Of a stretch of 64,000 nucleotides of DNA, positions 31,274 to 42,426 are shown piece by piece. Each line of letters opens with the position of its first letter. The stretch's first letter is position 1. This DNA is from Trypanosoma brucei (taxonomy: Eukaryota), in NCBI GenBank assembly GCA_000002445.1, contig CM000207.1:2272001-2336000 (forward strand), read 5' to 3'. A program made the translations under genes and the position numbers. The notes beneath the pieces are model-generated. The model searched no databases. It worked only from the letters and a program-made list of their open reading frames with translations, and was not told the origin of the DNA.

Positions 31274-31936
31274 TTGATGGAACGGATAGCCTCCGGCCAC
31301 AGAATGTCGATGCTGTTGTTAGGGGTCGGGCTACTCTGTTTGTATGGCTCCCTTCTGGTGAATGGGTTTGCCTTTGATCTGCCAGCCAATCAAAAACGGT
31401 GCTTCTCCGAGGAGGTTCCAAGTGGCACGGAGCTCCGCATCTCCTACGCGGCTTTGCCAGGGTACGCTCAGTTTGTGGATGCGTACGTCGTGGGGCCTGC
31501 GGGGAAGATGTACATGACAACCGTCGGCCAGGATCGCGGAAGCATGGTGGAGTACATCACAAAGGGTGGCGAGTTCACTCTTTGCTTGCTCTCTCGCGTA
31601 GCCACCGGCGTCAAGCAGTCGGAGGGAATGGCAAGGAGTGTGAGTGTCGACTTTCGACTCGGAAGCGGAAAGAACGATTACGCAAATCTCACCGGCAAGG
31701 AGAAGCTACGGCCCATAGAAGTGGAGTTGCGGGTGTTAGAAGATGCAGTGCGCTCCCTCCACACAGAGTGCCTGTACTATCGGGAAAAAGAAGCAGAGAT
31801 GCGCAATGCAAATGAGTCTGTGATTGCGAAGGTGGCCTTCTGTGCCGCGGCTATCATTACTTTCTTCATCATCTTTTCCTTGTGGGAAATGTGGCACCTT
31901 AAGCGATACTTCCGAAAGAAGCGACTTATTGACTAA
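31274..31936 (+). CDS. p24/emp24/gp25L (TMED) family cargo receptor.
   Basis: It has a signal peptide (MSMLLLGVGLLCLYGSLL), a GOLD domain (FAFDLPANQKRCFSEEVPSGTELRISY), a coiled-coil, one TM segment near the C-terminus, and a short basic cytosolic tail (KRYFRKKRLID). Confidence 0.8.
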   Translation: MMERIASGHRMSMLLLGVGLLCLYGSLLVNGFAFDLPANQKRCFSEEVPSGTELRISYAALPGYAQFVDAYVVGPAGKMYMTTVGQDRGSMVEYITKGGEFTLCLLSRVATGVKQSEGMARSVSVDFRLGSGKNDYANLTGKEKLRPIEVELRVLEDAVRSLHTECLYYREKEAEMRNANESVIAKVAFCAAAIITFFIIFSLWEMWHLKRYFRKKRLID

Positions 31937-32543
31937 TTGGCCACGCCGATTGTTTCTGTGGTTACCTGACTGCGCAATCTTGTGCCTGCACGCGTTGAGC
32001 GGAGAAGGGAGGAAATAAGGGTGGTCTTTCCCAGTGGGATGGTCCTGTGTATGAATGGGCACGCGTGAGGAAACTTACCAGTACCGACGTGAGCGTTGCG
32101 GTTTGGACAGGTTCCCCCGTGCACAAAACGCAAATATTAATATATATGTTTATTTACATGTATACTCCCTCCTTCGCAGTATGAGCGGGAAACAAGTGAA
32201 CAACCGTGAGCCTGAAAAAGAACGCGGAAGAGGGAAGTGTACGTTGAGAAACATACGACGAACCATTGACGAGAAGGAAAATGTGTAGGGGAAAGGGGAC
32301 GGAGGTAAAGCCAGTGTGACCCGGTGTTACGAGCGAGTTCAACTGCGTGATTTTTGTTAATTGTGTGGGGCGCTGTAATTCCCTTTGCTACTTTCATGCG
32401 TGATCTTACTTTATGTTTTAATTCATGTTCGCTGTGTCATGTGTGCGTGTGTGTTTGATCCTTCTTGCTTTTTCTTCTTTTCCTCCTTCACACCGACATA
32501 TGTTTGCGCACTGTGGAACTGCAGCCGTAAGCACGCCGCATGA

Positions 32544-33896
32544 ATGCAGGGCGAAGTGCCAACAATATTATGTGAAAGGGCGGAAACGCAGCTCACGCAA
32601 CTGAACCATCTTTCACACGCCCTGCGTTCTGTGACCTTCGGCGACGTGGTCTCATTCGACCCGGCATGCGGAAAAATTTGTTTGGGTGAGAACTGTGTGA
32701 AGAATGCCGAGACCCTGAAAGCGGTGGGATGTTCAATTGCGGACGCGGTAGCGGAGCTTGCGAGAGCGGTAGAGGGCCAGCTGACCGAGTTCTTTGCTTA
32801 TATGAAGCAGAAAGAGAAAGAGTCGATATCGGCCGTTCTTTCGGGTGGTGCGAAGGTGTCTGGGGAAATACGGAAGGCAAATCAAGAGGTCCGCGAGGGG
32901 AGTGAAGATACACCTCGGCCCAACCCAGCATTGTGTCGGGGCCCACTTTCCCTTTATCATGCTGAGCTGAAGGCGGGAGCCACATCGTTGAAAACATGTC
33001 TCTTCCTCATGATGGAGTCGCTCCTCACACGGGTGATGGGATGCCGGGCCGCGCTTTATCTCCGCTGTCGCAGCGAAGGGACCGCCACTCTTCGCCGCGT
33101 CCTTCACATCAACGCGCATCGTTTTCCGCAGGAAGTTCGCGACAGTGACGCTCGGCCACTCATAGACGCGATGGAGGGATGTCTAGCGCTCAATATAAGG
33201 GTCCGCACGGTTAGCTTGGATACTGCTGCAGAGGAACAGGGTCATAACTTTCATCCTTTTAGGGGAAAGGAAGGTAATTCCATAGCTATCAACCGCGGTA
33301 TGGTATTTCCCATTTCCAACTACGGCTGTATTATCATCGCTGACAAATACCCTACTGCGTCACATCACTTCTCCACCTCCGACGAATATCAGGCTTGGGC
33401 ATTTGCCTCGGTTTCCGAAGGCATGATGTGCCGGTATCACCCTCGCGTGCTTCTTGACTCCTTCAGCGTGAGGCCCACGAAGGTGCCTGAAAACTGCTCA
33501 AACTTACCGCCAATATCGACACGCCTTCACGTCCGCCACGAGGAGGAAAGAAAAGGCGCCGACCTGGGAGCAATCTGGGAAGCGGTGCCACCAGCAGCAA
33601 TGGCGCTCAAGGTCATGCGCGTCACGCGTATAGGCACGAGCGCCTCACCAACTCTGAACGAAGGCTACAACGAACTAAACTACAGCGGCATGCTCCGGGA
33701 TGTGGGAGCACACATACGGGATCTGGAAGAGGCGTATGGGAAACTATCCGCCCAGTTATTTGAAGCAAAAGAAACAATGGATAAGGCACACTGCGAGTTG
33801 AACAGGAAGAGGAAACAACAGAGTAAGCTGGAGTCAGATATTCACTTCATGCGGTCATTGCTTCACGCAGAGGGCATTAAGACCCCAAAACGCTAA
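32544..33896 (+). CDS. Hypothetical protein (450 aa) with a C-terminal coiled-coil.
   Basis: It is a long ORF on the cluster strand with no recognised family. Confidence 0.45.
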   Translation: MQGEVPTILCERAETQLTQLNHLSHALRSVTFGDVVSFDPACGKICLGENCVKNAETLKAVGCSIADAVAELARAVEGQLTEFFAYMKQKEKESISAVLSGGAKVSGEIRKANQEVREGSEDTPRPNPALCRGPLSLYHAELKAGATSLKTCLFLMMESLLTRVMGCRAALYLRCRSEGTATLRRVLHINAHRFPQEVRDSDARPLIDAMEGCLALNIRVRTVSLDTAAEEQGHNFHPFRGKEGNSIAINRGMVFPISNYGCIIIADKYPTASHHFSTSDEYQAWAFASVSEGMMCRYHPRVLLDSFSVRPTKVPENCSNLPPISTRLHVRHEEERKGADLGAIWEAVPPAAMALKVMRVTRIGTSASPTLNEGYNELNYSGMLRDVGAHIRDLEEAYGKLSAQLFEAKETMDKAHCELNRKRKQQSKLESDIHFMRSLLHAEGIKTPKR

Positions 33897-34245
33897 CATA
33901 GCATGGGGGGGAGTGGATGTATAAATTAATAATCAAGTGGAAAAGTAAGAATATGGGAACATGTGTAGACAAAAGGATATTGCTTTATTGAAAACATCAA
34001 ATGTGTTGTAGTGAATCAATATACGTGCATACGAATAAACAGGACAGGAAGTATATGCTTGGAATGCTAAATCAAAAGTGAGACGGGTTAATCACTTAAG
34101 GATAGTAGTACACGTAGAATTAAAATAGGTATCGTACTTTTCCATCGGCAACAAAAATGCTCTCTTCTACACAATTCCTTCTTCCACAATAAACGCGCAC
34201 GCACAAAAAAAGGTGGGACCACAAAACCAGAACTTTCACGCAAAG

Positions 34246-35172
34246 ATGACATTCGTTAAGGTTGTGAAGAACAAGGCGTACTACAAGCGGTTCCAGGTGA
34301 AGTACCGCCGCCGCCGCGAGGGGAAGACGGATTACCACGCACGCCGCCGCATGGTGCTGCAGGACAAGACAAAGTTCGGGACCCCGAAGTACCGTTTGGT
34401 GGTGCGCATCACGAACCGCGACGTGATTGCCCAGATCGTCCACGCGAAGGTTGTTGGCGACGAGGTTGTAATGGCGGCTTACTCGCACGAACTGCCACTG
34501 TTCGGCATCGAGCACGGACTGACAAACTACGCTGCTGCCTATGCCACTGGATTGTTGGTTGCCCGCCGCATGCTGGCGAAACTCGGACTCGCGGAAAAGT
34601 TTGTCGGCGTGAAGGAAGTGGATGGTTCATACGCCGCTGTGCGCACGAAGGACGACGACCAGGGCGATGACGAGTCACGCTTCCCCTTCAAGGCGATCCT
34701 TGACGTGGGTCTGGCCCGCACAACAACTGGCGCTCGCGTGTTCGGTGTGTTGAAGGGTGCTGTGGATGGTGGCCTCGCCGTACCTCACCGCCCCAATCGG
34801 TTCCCCGGTTACAACAAGGAGAGTGATGCGCTCAACGCAAAGGTACACCGCGATCGTATCTTCGGCCGCCACGTTGCGGATTATCTGAAGCAGGTGCGTG
34901 AGGAGGCAAGCTCAAACCCCGACGAAAAGACTTGCCAGTTCTCCAAGTTTATCGCGGCAAAGGTTTCGCCCGACGACATGGAGGGCATGTACAAACGTGC
35001 GCACGCTGCCATCCGTGCTGACCCAACGAAGCGACGTGCCAAGAAGGAGCGCCCCGCTGAGGCGAAACCGAAGAAGTACAACACGGTGAAGCTAACTGGT
35101 GCCGAGAAGAAGGCCGCAGCGAAAGCAAAGGTTGCCGCTGTGATTGAGCGCATCCGTGACCGTGCGAAGTAA
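34246..35172 (+). CDS. RPL5: 60S ribosomal protein L5 (uL18), copy 1. The ORF track starts at 34213; the likely ATG is 34246 (MTFVKVVKNKAYYKRFQVKYRRRREGKTDYHARRR...).
   Basis: It has the canonical RPL5 N-terminus and a length of about 308 aa. Confidence 0.9.
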   Translation: MTFVKVVKNKAYYKRFQVKYRRRREGKTDYHARRRMVLQDKTKFGTPKYRLVVRITNRDVIAQIVHAKVVGDEVVMAAYSHELPLFGIEHGLTNYAAAYATGLLVARRMLAKLGLAEKFVGVKEVDGSYAAVRTKDDDQGDDESRFPFKAILDVGLARTTTGARVFGVLKGAVDGGLAVPHRPNRFPGYNKESDALNAKVHRDRIFGRHVADYLKQVREEASSNPDEKTCQFSKFIAAKVSPDDMEGMYKRAHAAIRADPTKRRAKKERPAEAKPKKYNTVKLTGAEKKAAAKAKVAAVIERIRDRAK

Positions 35173-35523
35173 GGTACTTGGCGCAACTTCCTGTCATGTG
35201 TTGCTCCAGGTGGAAGACACGCTCTGTAGTGAGCTAACCCGGGGCGGATCAGACGCGGTGCCGGCGTGACAATCCCACCTACTTTTTATTTTGATGGATA
35301 ATATTTTTTTCACCTTATTTGTCGGCTCTAACCCACACGGCTGCTGTAGTTTGTTTATGACAACGTGCCTTAGGATCCTTCCGGTACCTTGTACCTTTCC
35401 CTCGTACCTGAAATTGTTTCTCCGTCTTTCCCCCTGTTTTGGATCCATCTTCCTTTCACCTCGTTGACGTACTCACTCGTTAACGCACACATATATGAAT
35501 TCAGAAAGAGTCCCGAAACGAGG

Positions 35524-36450
35524 ATGACATTCGTTAAGGTTGTGAAGAACAAGGCGTACTACAAGCGGTTCCAGGTGAAGTACCGCCGCCGCCGCGAGGG
35601 GAAGACGGATTACCACGCACGCCGCCGCATGGTGCTGCAGGACAAGACAAAGTTCGGGACCCCGAAGTACCGTTTGGTGGTGCGCATCACGAACCGCGAC
35701 GTGATTGCCCAGATCGTCCACGCGAAGGTTGTTGGCGACGAGGTTGTAATGGCGGCTTACTCGCACGAACTGCCACTGTTCGGCATCGAGCACGGACTGA
35801 CAAACTACGCTGCTGCCTATGCCACTGGATTGTTGGTTGCCCGCCGCATGCTGGCGAAACTCGGACTCGCGGAAAAGTTTGTCGGCGTGAAGGAAGTGGA
35901 TGGTTCATACGCCGCTGTGCGCACGAAGGACGACGACCAGGGCGATGACGAGTCACGCTTCCCCTTCAAGGCGATCCTTGACGTGGGTCTGGCCCGCACA
36001 ACAACTGGCGCTCGCGTGTTCGGTGTGTTGAAGGGTGCTGTGGATGGTGGCCTCGCCGTACCTCACCGCCCCAATCGGTTCCCCGGTTACAACAAGGAGA
36101 GTGATGCGCTCAACGCAAAGGTACACCGCGATCGTATCTTCGGCCGCCACGTTGCGGATTATCTGAAGCAGGTGCGTGAGGAGGCAAGCTCAAACCCCGA
36201 CGAAAAGACTTGCCAGTTCTCCAAGTTTATCGCGGCAAAGGTTTCGCCCGACGACATGGAGGGCATGTACAAACGTGCGCATGCTGCCATCCGTGCTGAC
36301 CCAACGAAGCGACGTGCCAAGAAGGAGCGCCCCGCTGAGGCGAAACCGAAGAAGTACAACACGGTGAAGCTAACTGGTGCCGAGAAGAAGGCCGCAGCGA
36401 AAGCAAAGGTTGCCGCTGTGATTGAGCGCATCCGTGACCGTGCGAAGTAA
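35524..36450 (+). CDS. RPL5: 60S ribosomal protein L5 (uL18), copy 2, a tandem duplicate. The ORF track starts at 35389; the likely ATG is 35524.
   Basis: The protein is identical to copy 1. The coding sequence is near-identical: the only difference I confirmed is in codon 265, CAC versus CAT, and it is silent. The first 23 nt of the 3' flank are identical, then the flanks diverge. The 5' UTRs differ. Confidence 0.9.
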   Translation: MTFVKVVKNKAYYKRFQVKYRRRREGKTDYHARRRMVLQDKTKFGTPKYRLVVRITNRDVIAQIVHAKVVGDEVVMAAYSHELPLFGIEHGLTNYAAAYATGLLVARRMLAKLGLAEKFVGVKEVDGSYAAVRTKDDDQGDDESRFPFKAILDVGLARTTTGARVFGVLKGAVDGGLAVPHRPNRFPGYNKESDALNAKVHRDRIFGRHVADYLKQVREEASSNPDEKTCQFSKFIAAKVSPDDMEGMYKRAHAAIRADPTKRRAKKERPAEAKPKKYNTVKLTGAEKKAAAKAKVAAVIERIRDRAK

Positions 36451-36691
36451 GGTACTTGGCGCAACTTCCTCTCGTTTTCCTTTACACTCTTTCATTTTAT
36501 TTACTATTTTCTGTCTTATTGTGTTAAATACATAATGGTGTGTCTTCGTGCTAGCAGTGCCGTGCGCGTGATTGTCGCCGTGAGACGTTCAGCTTTTTGT
36601 TGTTTTCGTGCCTTTTCTTAACGATTTTGCTTGCTTTTTCATGTCACACTCTGTTTACTATTACTTTACTTTTGAAAGTAGTCCAGCGCCA

Positions 36692-37306
36692 ATGGGATCG
36701 TTTATGTATTTGAACGAGCTATGGAAGAAGAAGTCTTCCGACGTAATGCGGTTCATCCAGCGTGTTCGTGCGTGGGAGTTCCGTCACCAGCACACGATTG
36801 TGCGGCTGCGTCGCCCCACACGCCCTGAGAAGGCCCGTATGGTTGGCTACAAGACCAAACAGGGTTATGTTGTGTTCCGCGTCCGTGTGCGACGTGGTGG
36901 ACGCAAGCGCCCCGTACACAAGGGTATCACGTACGGTAAACCCAACACTGCTGGTGTGCTCGGCAGGAAGCTGAACAAGAACAACCGCGTTGTCGCCGAA
37001 CAGCGTCTTGGAAAGAAGTACGGAAACCTGCGCGTGCTCAACTCCTATTGGGTAAATGCAGACTCGACATTCCTGTGGTATGAAGTGGTGGCGGTGGACC
37101 CGATGCACCGCGCCATTCGCCGTGACCCGCGCATCAATTGGATCGTCAATGCTGTGCACAAGCACCGTGAGCAACGTGGTCTTACATCTGCGGGTCGCAA
37201 GCACCGCGGACTACGGCAGAAGGGCCACAAGGCCTCCAAGCTCCGCCCGTCTCGCCGTGCAGCGTGGCGCCGCAACAACCGCATGGTGTTCCTCCGCAAG
37301 CGTTAA
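36692..37306 (+). CDS. RPL15: 60S ribosomal protein L15 (eL15). The likely ATG is 36692; the ORF track starts at 36608.
   Basis: [75 protein letters not shown] is the hallmark eL15 N-terminus. The protein is 204 aa. Confidence 0.9.
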   Translation: MGSFMYLNELWKKKSSDVMRFIQRVRAWEFRHQHTIVRLRRPTRPEKARMVGYKTKQGYVVFRVRVRRGGRKRPVHKGITYGKPNTAGVLGRKLNKNNRVVAEQRLGKKYGNLRVLNSYWVNADSTFLWYEVVAVDPMHRAIRRDPRINWIVNAVHKHREQRGLTSAGRKHRGLRQKGHKASKLRPSRRAAWRRNNRMVFLRKR

Positions 37307-37642
37307 GGATGCATCATCAGCACGTGACTGGATGTATTCTGTCCATTTCGCTGTCCGCGTTCTACATTCATTTCTTACGGTTCTTTTCCTACGTTTCATT
37401 TGACTAACAAAAAGGAAAAAAAGATAAGCTTTCGCTCCTTTGTGTCCCCTCCTATGCGGCGTGCGAGGGTTTCCGTGCTTGCGGCTGTTGTATTTGAACT
37501 TCCTGCCTTGTCTTTAATGTCTCTTGCTTTCCTTCCCTGTTCTCTTCCCCTCGCACTCCCTCATACAAATACATTTATTTGTATGTTGTATACATGTGCA
37601 ACGTGCAAACGACTTCCATCGTGAAAGAAACCACAAGTTGAA

Positions 37643-37972
37643 ATGGCAGCTACCAAGAGAGAGGCCCCCGTCCCGCGCACGGGTATTATTGCCGGCTTCA
37701 ACAAGGGCTACAAAACAACCCGTCGCGCCCGCCGCCCGTCATCCAACGATCGCTACGCCCTCCCCCACAAAAAGTTGCGTGCCGTGAAGGCCATCATCAG
37801 CGACCTCGTCGGCTTCTCGCCCATGGAGAGGCGCGTACAGGAGTTGCTTCGAGTGGGAAAGGATAAGCGCGCACTAAAGTTCTGCAAGAAGCGCCTCGGC
37901 AGCATCAAAGCAGCGAAGAAGCGCCGCGCGAAGGTGGAGGAGGCTCTCCGCCAGCAGACCAAAAAGAAGTAG
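37643..37972 (+). CDS. RPL36: 60S ribosomal protein L36 (eL36).
   Basis: The protein is 109 aa. [12 protein letters not shown]...[43 protein letters not shown] matches the eL36 family (GLNKGHKVT...[41 protein letters not shown]). Confidence 0.88.
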   Translation: [109 protein letters not shown]

Positions 37973-39034
37973 TAAGCGTCACCGTGGTTTGTTGTTTTTA
38001 ACACTTTTTGTGGTTTCACTGTCTAGTTTTTATACGTTTCTGAATCTGTTTTGAAGGTGTTTACACTTCTTCCACACTGTCGCGTCTCAGTGATGGACGT
38101 TTGGTCAGTGAAACGCGGCAGGCGGAATGAGTCAACGTACCGTTTGTTCACCCTAGCAATACACAATTTGTGATCATCAACATTTTTCTTCCCTTCGATT
38201 CTTTTTGTCTCCCCTTGTCCGCAAGGGCCTACTAGTTTCTGTTAACATTTCACTAGTACTAGCTTATGCTCCAAGTATTTGCTTGTGATGGGGAATAATG
38301 CCCATTTGCGGCGTTCTAAGTTCCGCTGTCTACCCTTTTGTATGTGATAGCTGCACGCCACGGCTCTGCTGAGGGGTGGGGTTTCTCTCGTTTCCTGATA
38401 GCGACGTTTCACGCTCACGCATGTGCTCACTAGTGCTGATTGTGCGGTAACAGTTTGTTTCTTTTTTTCATATGAGTTTGTGTGCGTTTCAGCTCAGTAG
38501 ACGAACGCAGCGATGCTGGCAGGTAAGATAGAACAACGGCATTGTAGGACAGTTACCATCGCGGATTCTGTAGATGCTTCGCATCACGTGAAACATAGGC
38601 ATATTTTAGAGCGACTGCTCTCCACGGTTGGAAGAGAAACTACCTTTTGCGCTGCACCCACTTTTTTTCTTTACTGATGTTGGTTGTTTTCGTCAGAATA
38701 TTTGTCTTTTAGCTTTATCTCAATGTCCCCGCGCACATTTGAAGAGGAAAGTGGTGTCCTTTTTACTCGCCGTGCGCTAACGGCGGTCCGTCACCTTTCA
38801 ATGGCCCCTATTTGGGGAATGAGTCCCATTAGTACGTTATTGAAAAAAATTTGATTACCCCTTTACTTCCCTCCATCGCATCCACCACCTTACGGAGCAT
38901 TCCATCGGCCAGCTTTATTATTATTTTGTCCGTTGTGGCATTCTGCTGCACTGTTATCGCCTCCCTCTTTTCCCACCTTGAATCTGTTTACTTAGACTGA
39001 GGGTTTACCAAGGGCGCTACAGGTAGCGCAACGA

Positions 39035-40291
39035 ATGGAGTGCTCTGTGCACTCGCCATGCGGTCGGTATGTCGTAAGCTACAGGAATGCTGGCGACACG
39101 TTGCACATAAATGCTGTTCCCAAACCCGTGGCGGTGGAACCCGGAGCGGAAACTATCCACTACATTGCCGTCCTGGGCGAAAGTCACATTGCTGAAATAT
39201 CAGCGGCGGCAGGAGTACGCAAGGACTTCACCGCGTTCTCCGATATGATTTATAACGCAATGATCGGTCGGTCGCCATGTGTGCGTTTTTTTATTGAGAC
39301 ATGCAGTGAAATGCGGACTCGCATCGCTACGGAAGTGGCACAACGACAGCACGCCTCAAAAGGGCCTGGTGTCGATGAGGAACAACCAGCAAACACCAGT
39401 ATGGATGATAGCGGTAGTGGAAACAACAGTCTACTGTCCGAATCAGCTCGCAGTCAGCGGTTTTTCACTCTGGACTATGATGTGGACTTCACCCGTGCCA
39501 TGTTCCCCGTTCCGCTCGTTGCAACGGAAGGTGGAGCCAACTCTAACAATGGAGAGCGGCAAACCGGACTTGTGAGAGCCGCTGGCCAGCAACAGCAACA
39601 GCACGGGGTCGCGGCAATACCAAACTGCGCTCCAGCGGCTGTTAAAAGCGATGACAACGAAGTGGCAAAGTGGCGGACGGAGAATGAGAAACTGAGGCGG
39701 GAGAACGACGCCCTCACACGGTTGTGCAAGGAGAAGATGCTTGAGATGCAGCGGCTGTGCGAAGATTTTCAGTTGCGCGTGGAGACTGTGAAGGAGGTGG
39801 AACGGCTAAAGAAAAAACTGGTGGAATTGCGCACGCGGGCTACCCGTGCAGAGGAAGAGAGAGATGAGGCACAGGCAGCTTTAGCTCGCATTCGACGTGA
39901 GCATCAGCGTCTGCAGCGCAGTAGGACACCGCAAGGCCGAATTGAGCACCAAAGCGAGAAATCCACTCGGCAGCGCTCTCGGTTTGACACCCCTCCTGTT
40001 GTGCGTGGCCGCCCCACCTCACGCGGTGGCGCGCGGGATTCGCCGCTGCTGAGGAGACTAAGCAGTGGACGCAAACAGACGCACTGCATGCCACGCAACC
40101 GGTCAGCGAGTAGTGAAGGCCTAACAGTAACGAAGCGACGCCTTTGGAATGGAAGTGGCAGCAGTGGACCGCCGTCGCGTTCGAGTTCGTGTGGCAGCTG
40201 CGAGCGACTGTATCGCAGTCCCACCGCGAGCAGTAGCCAACGTGAGCGCTGCACAGCAAAATATTTTGCGTCCCGTGCGGTGTTCTTCTGA
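39035..40291 (+). CDS. Hypothetical protein (418 aa) with a central coiled coil and an Arg/Ser-rich C-terminus.
   Basis: The ORF is on the cluster strand. ENEKLRRENDALTRLCKEKMLEMQRL is a coiled coil. I recognise no family. Confidence 0.45.
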   Translation: MECSVHSPCGRYVVSYRNAGDTLHINAVPKPVAVEPGAETIHYIAVLGESHIAEISAAAGVRKDFTAFSDMIYNAMIGRSPCVRFFIETCSEMRTRIATEVAQRQHASKGPGVDEEQPANTSMDDSGSGNNSLLSESARSQRFFTLDYDVDFTRAMFPVPLVATEGGANSNNGERQTGLVRAAGQQQQQHGVAAIPNCAPAAVKSDDNEVAKWRTENEKLRRENDALTRLCKEKMLEMQRLCEDFQLRVETVKEVERLKKKLVELRTRATRAEEERDEAQAALARIRREHQRLQRSRTPQGRIEHQSEKSTRQRSRFDTPPVVRGRPTSRGGARDSPLLRRLSSGRKQTHCMPRNRSASSEGLTVTKRRLWNGSGSSGPPSRSSSCGSCERLYRSPTASSSQRERCTAKYFASRAVFF

Positions 40292-40720
40292 GTGGAAGAA
40301 AGGCGAATTCAGCGAAGGATAGAAAAGTATAAGCGTACGTGTATACGATAGAACCTGCGTGTGAAAAAAGAAAGTACGTTAGACGACAGTGCTTAAGGGG
40401 GGAGGGGAGGAAGGAACCAAAACATAGATACATAGAAACACAATATTGCCTTCGATTGTAAGATGACTGCCACATGAATACGCATACTTCGATGCATTGG
40501 CGTCTCCTCACCACAAGTAACTTCCCAAATGCATCCCTCCTGCGCTGCAGGCACATATATATAATATATATGCTTCGCTATACTCTTCCTCCCTACGATG
40601 CACTTTGTCTTGTCACCATTGTTTTTTTTTGTGTGTGTGTGCTACGACTGCCGTGTTGATTTCTTCCCCTCTAATCTTTTTAGGCGTCACCGCAACTATT
40701 AGTGACTAGCTCGTCGGGCG

Positions 40721-41467
40721 ATGCTTGCTGCTACCCGAAGTTTGGGCGGGCTCTACAAGGTGCCTGGACGCAAATCCCTCGGTGAGATTTGCAAGCTCAG
40801 CCTGCTTGAGGCAACGCCAGAACCTCAGTTAGCCACAATATGGAATGAACACCACAAGCAGTTCGTCCAATACTGGGGCCGAACCATCTCGGCTGATGCG
40901 TACTACGCTCTGCAGCCGCGTCTTAAGCAGTCACCGTACTTTGTCATTCCGGTGTTCCGAACGAAGGGACTATTTAACGTGGTGACAAACTGGGACCGCG
41001 ATCTTGTTGGTGTCGCGCCACTTGCGGAGTGGCAAGAGAAGCAAGACAGCGCGCAGGTACACATGACAATTCAGTTCTTTACGGAACTGGCACGCACAAA
41101 ACGGATGGTGATGGTGCGGTGTGAGATTAAAGACAAGGTGTTTGTCCGCCAGGACTGCGTGTTTGTAACGCAGATGCTGCTGAAGTATTACTCCGATCCT
41201 CAACTATACGAGATGTGGGTGGAGGTGTTTAATAAGCGTCCAACCCAGTTTGATTATCACATGTACCTGCGGAACATGAAAGATGAAGCGAAGCGGGATG
41301 ATATACGCATCGAGGACAAGAAGGCGCAGGTGAGGATGGACGCCTACGGGCCGGTGATTGACACGCCGCCGGATGCCATCGCGCAGCAGATATTAAAAAG
41401 TGTTGATTCTGGCGCGCCACCACCAGGAGAGAGTCTTAACGGCTGCAATGGATATAGGAAAGAGTAG
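40721..41467 (+). CDS. ATP11: Mitochondrial ATP synthase F1 assembly factor ATP11-like.
   Basis: LATIWNEHHKQFVQYWGRTISADAYYALQPRLKQSPYFVIPVFRTKGLFNV fits the ATP11 family core (IW..YH.......a.ip...y..l..ra...P.FvlPlpR..Gyef). It also has an N-terminal presequence-like region. Confidence 0.6.
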   Translation: MLAATRSLGGLYKVPGRKSLGEICKLSLLEATPEPQLATIWNEHHKQFVQYWGRTISADAYYALQPRLKQSPYFVIPVFRTKGLFNVVTNWDRDLVGVAPLAEWQEKQDSAQVHMTIQFFTELARTKRMVMVRCEIKDKVFVRQDCVFVTQMLLKYYSDPQLYEMWVEVFNKRPTQFDYHMYLRNMKDEAKRDDIRIEDKKAQVRMDAYGPVIDTPPDAIAQQILKSVDSGAPPPGESLNGCNGYRKE

Positions 41468-42426
41468 TGTTGCTGTCGAATATGACAGTTACAAAGCCCA
41501 TTGGATCGTTCCTTAAGGGATATTTGTGTGTCTGCTTTTGTGCCTGTGAGTGTAATTTACTGTGAAGAGTTTGTGAGGGCCCACCGCCTTCCTTGTGGCC
41601 GTTATCGTTACTATCATCGCTACCATCGCTGTTGTCGCTTCTACTCTTCCCTTTGTGTTGTTGACACCCTCCCCTCCCCTGCCGTTCCTCTTGCATGTCC
41701 CGTCTGTTACTACTATTCGTTATTTCAATACATTTAGGTTTTTATAAATTTGTTTGTTCTCTCTCTGTATAAGGGCGTGTGAAGTCCACACAGAAATGGG
41801 TGCGACGGTGATGATGAAAGTGGATGAACTGGGGACGATGGATGTAACACTGAAGTAACTGGTGACATGTCTACCGCAACATATGATCGAGCGAGGATGT
41901 GTGTGTGTGTTTCTCGTTGCACCATTTTCGTTGTGTGTTGCAGCCAAGATGAGGACTGTTGAGCCGGTTTCCCGTAACGCTTGTGGGGTATATGATAAAG
42001 AGGGCCATACATGATGAGCTGAAACAGTCTGTGGGAAGGATGGAAAGGTGGTTCACTGCACGTTTGCTTGTCACTGCACATTGGAGCTATATGCATATGC
42101 ATGCATGTTAACAAACAAGTGAACAATACCTGTTATTCGAAGTTAATGTCTGATATTAGGCGTTGGCGCGTCGCACCTTGCAATACTCGCTTTGCATATT
42201 ATTATTAGTTTTTGCAGCTGACACCTTTCCCTTCCCTTTCGCTGTACTTTTGGTCACCATTACTTTTTGTTCCGTTACGTGAATTCCAAATATTTCTTTT
42301 TTTTTTTTTTAAAACCCTCGGACTCGCAACCACGCCAATGCACTTGCATACACGAGCGCATCACATGATTATTTGAAAGAGCGATAAAACGAGGGTTGAA
42401 AAAAACAAAAAAAAAGGGAAACATCC

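Noticed and set aside
39840-40556. 238-aa minus-strand ORF overlapping the 3' end of the + strand gene 39035..40291.
   Set aside because: It is antisense to a + strand gene in a unidirectional cluster. It is Cys- and Ser-rich and low-complexity with no family resemblance. It is probably spurious.
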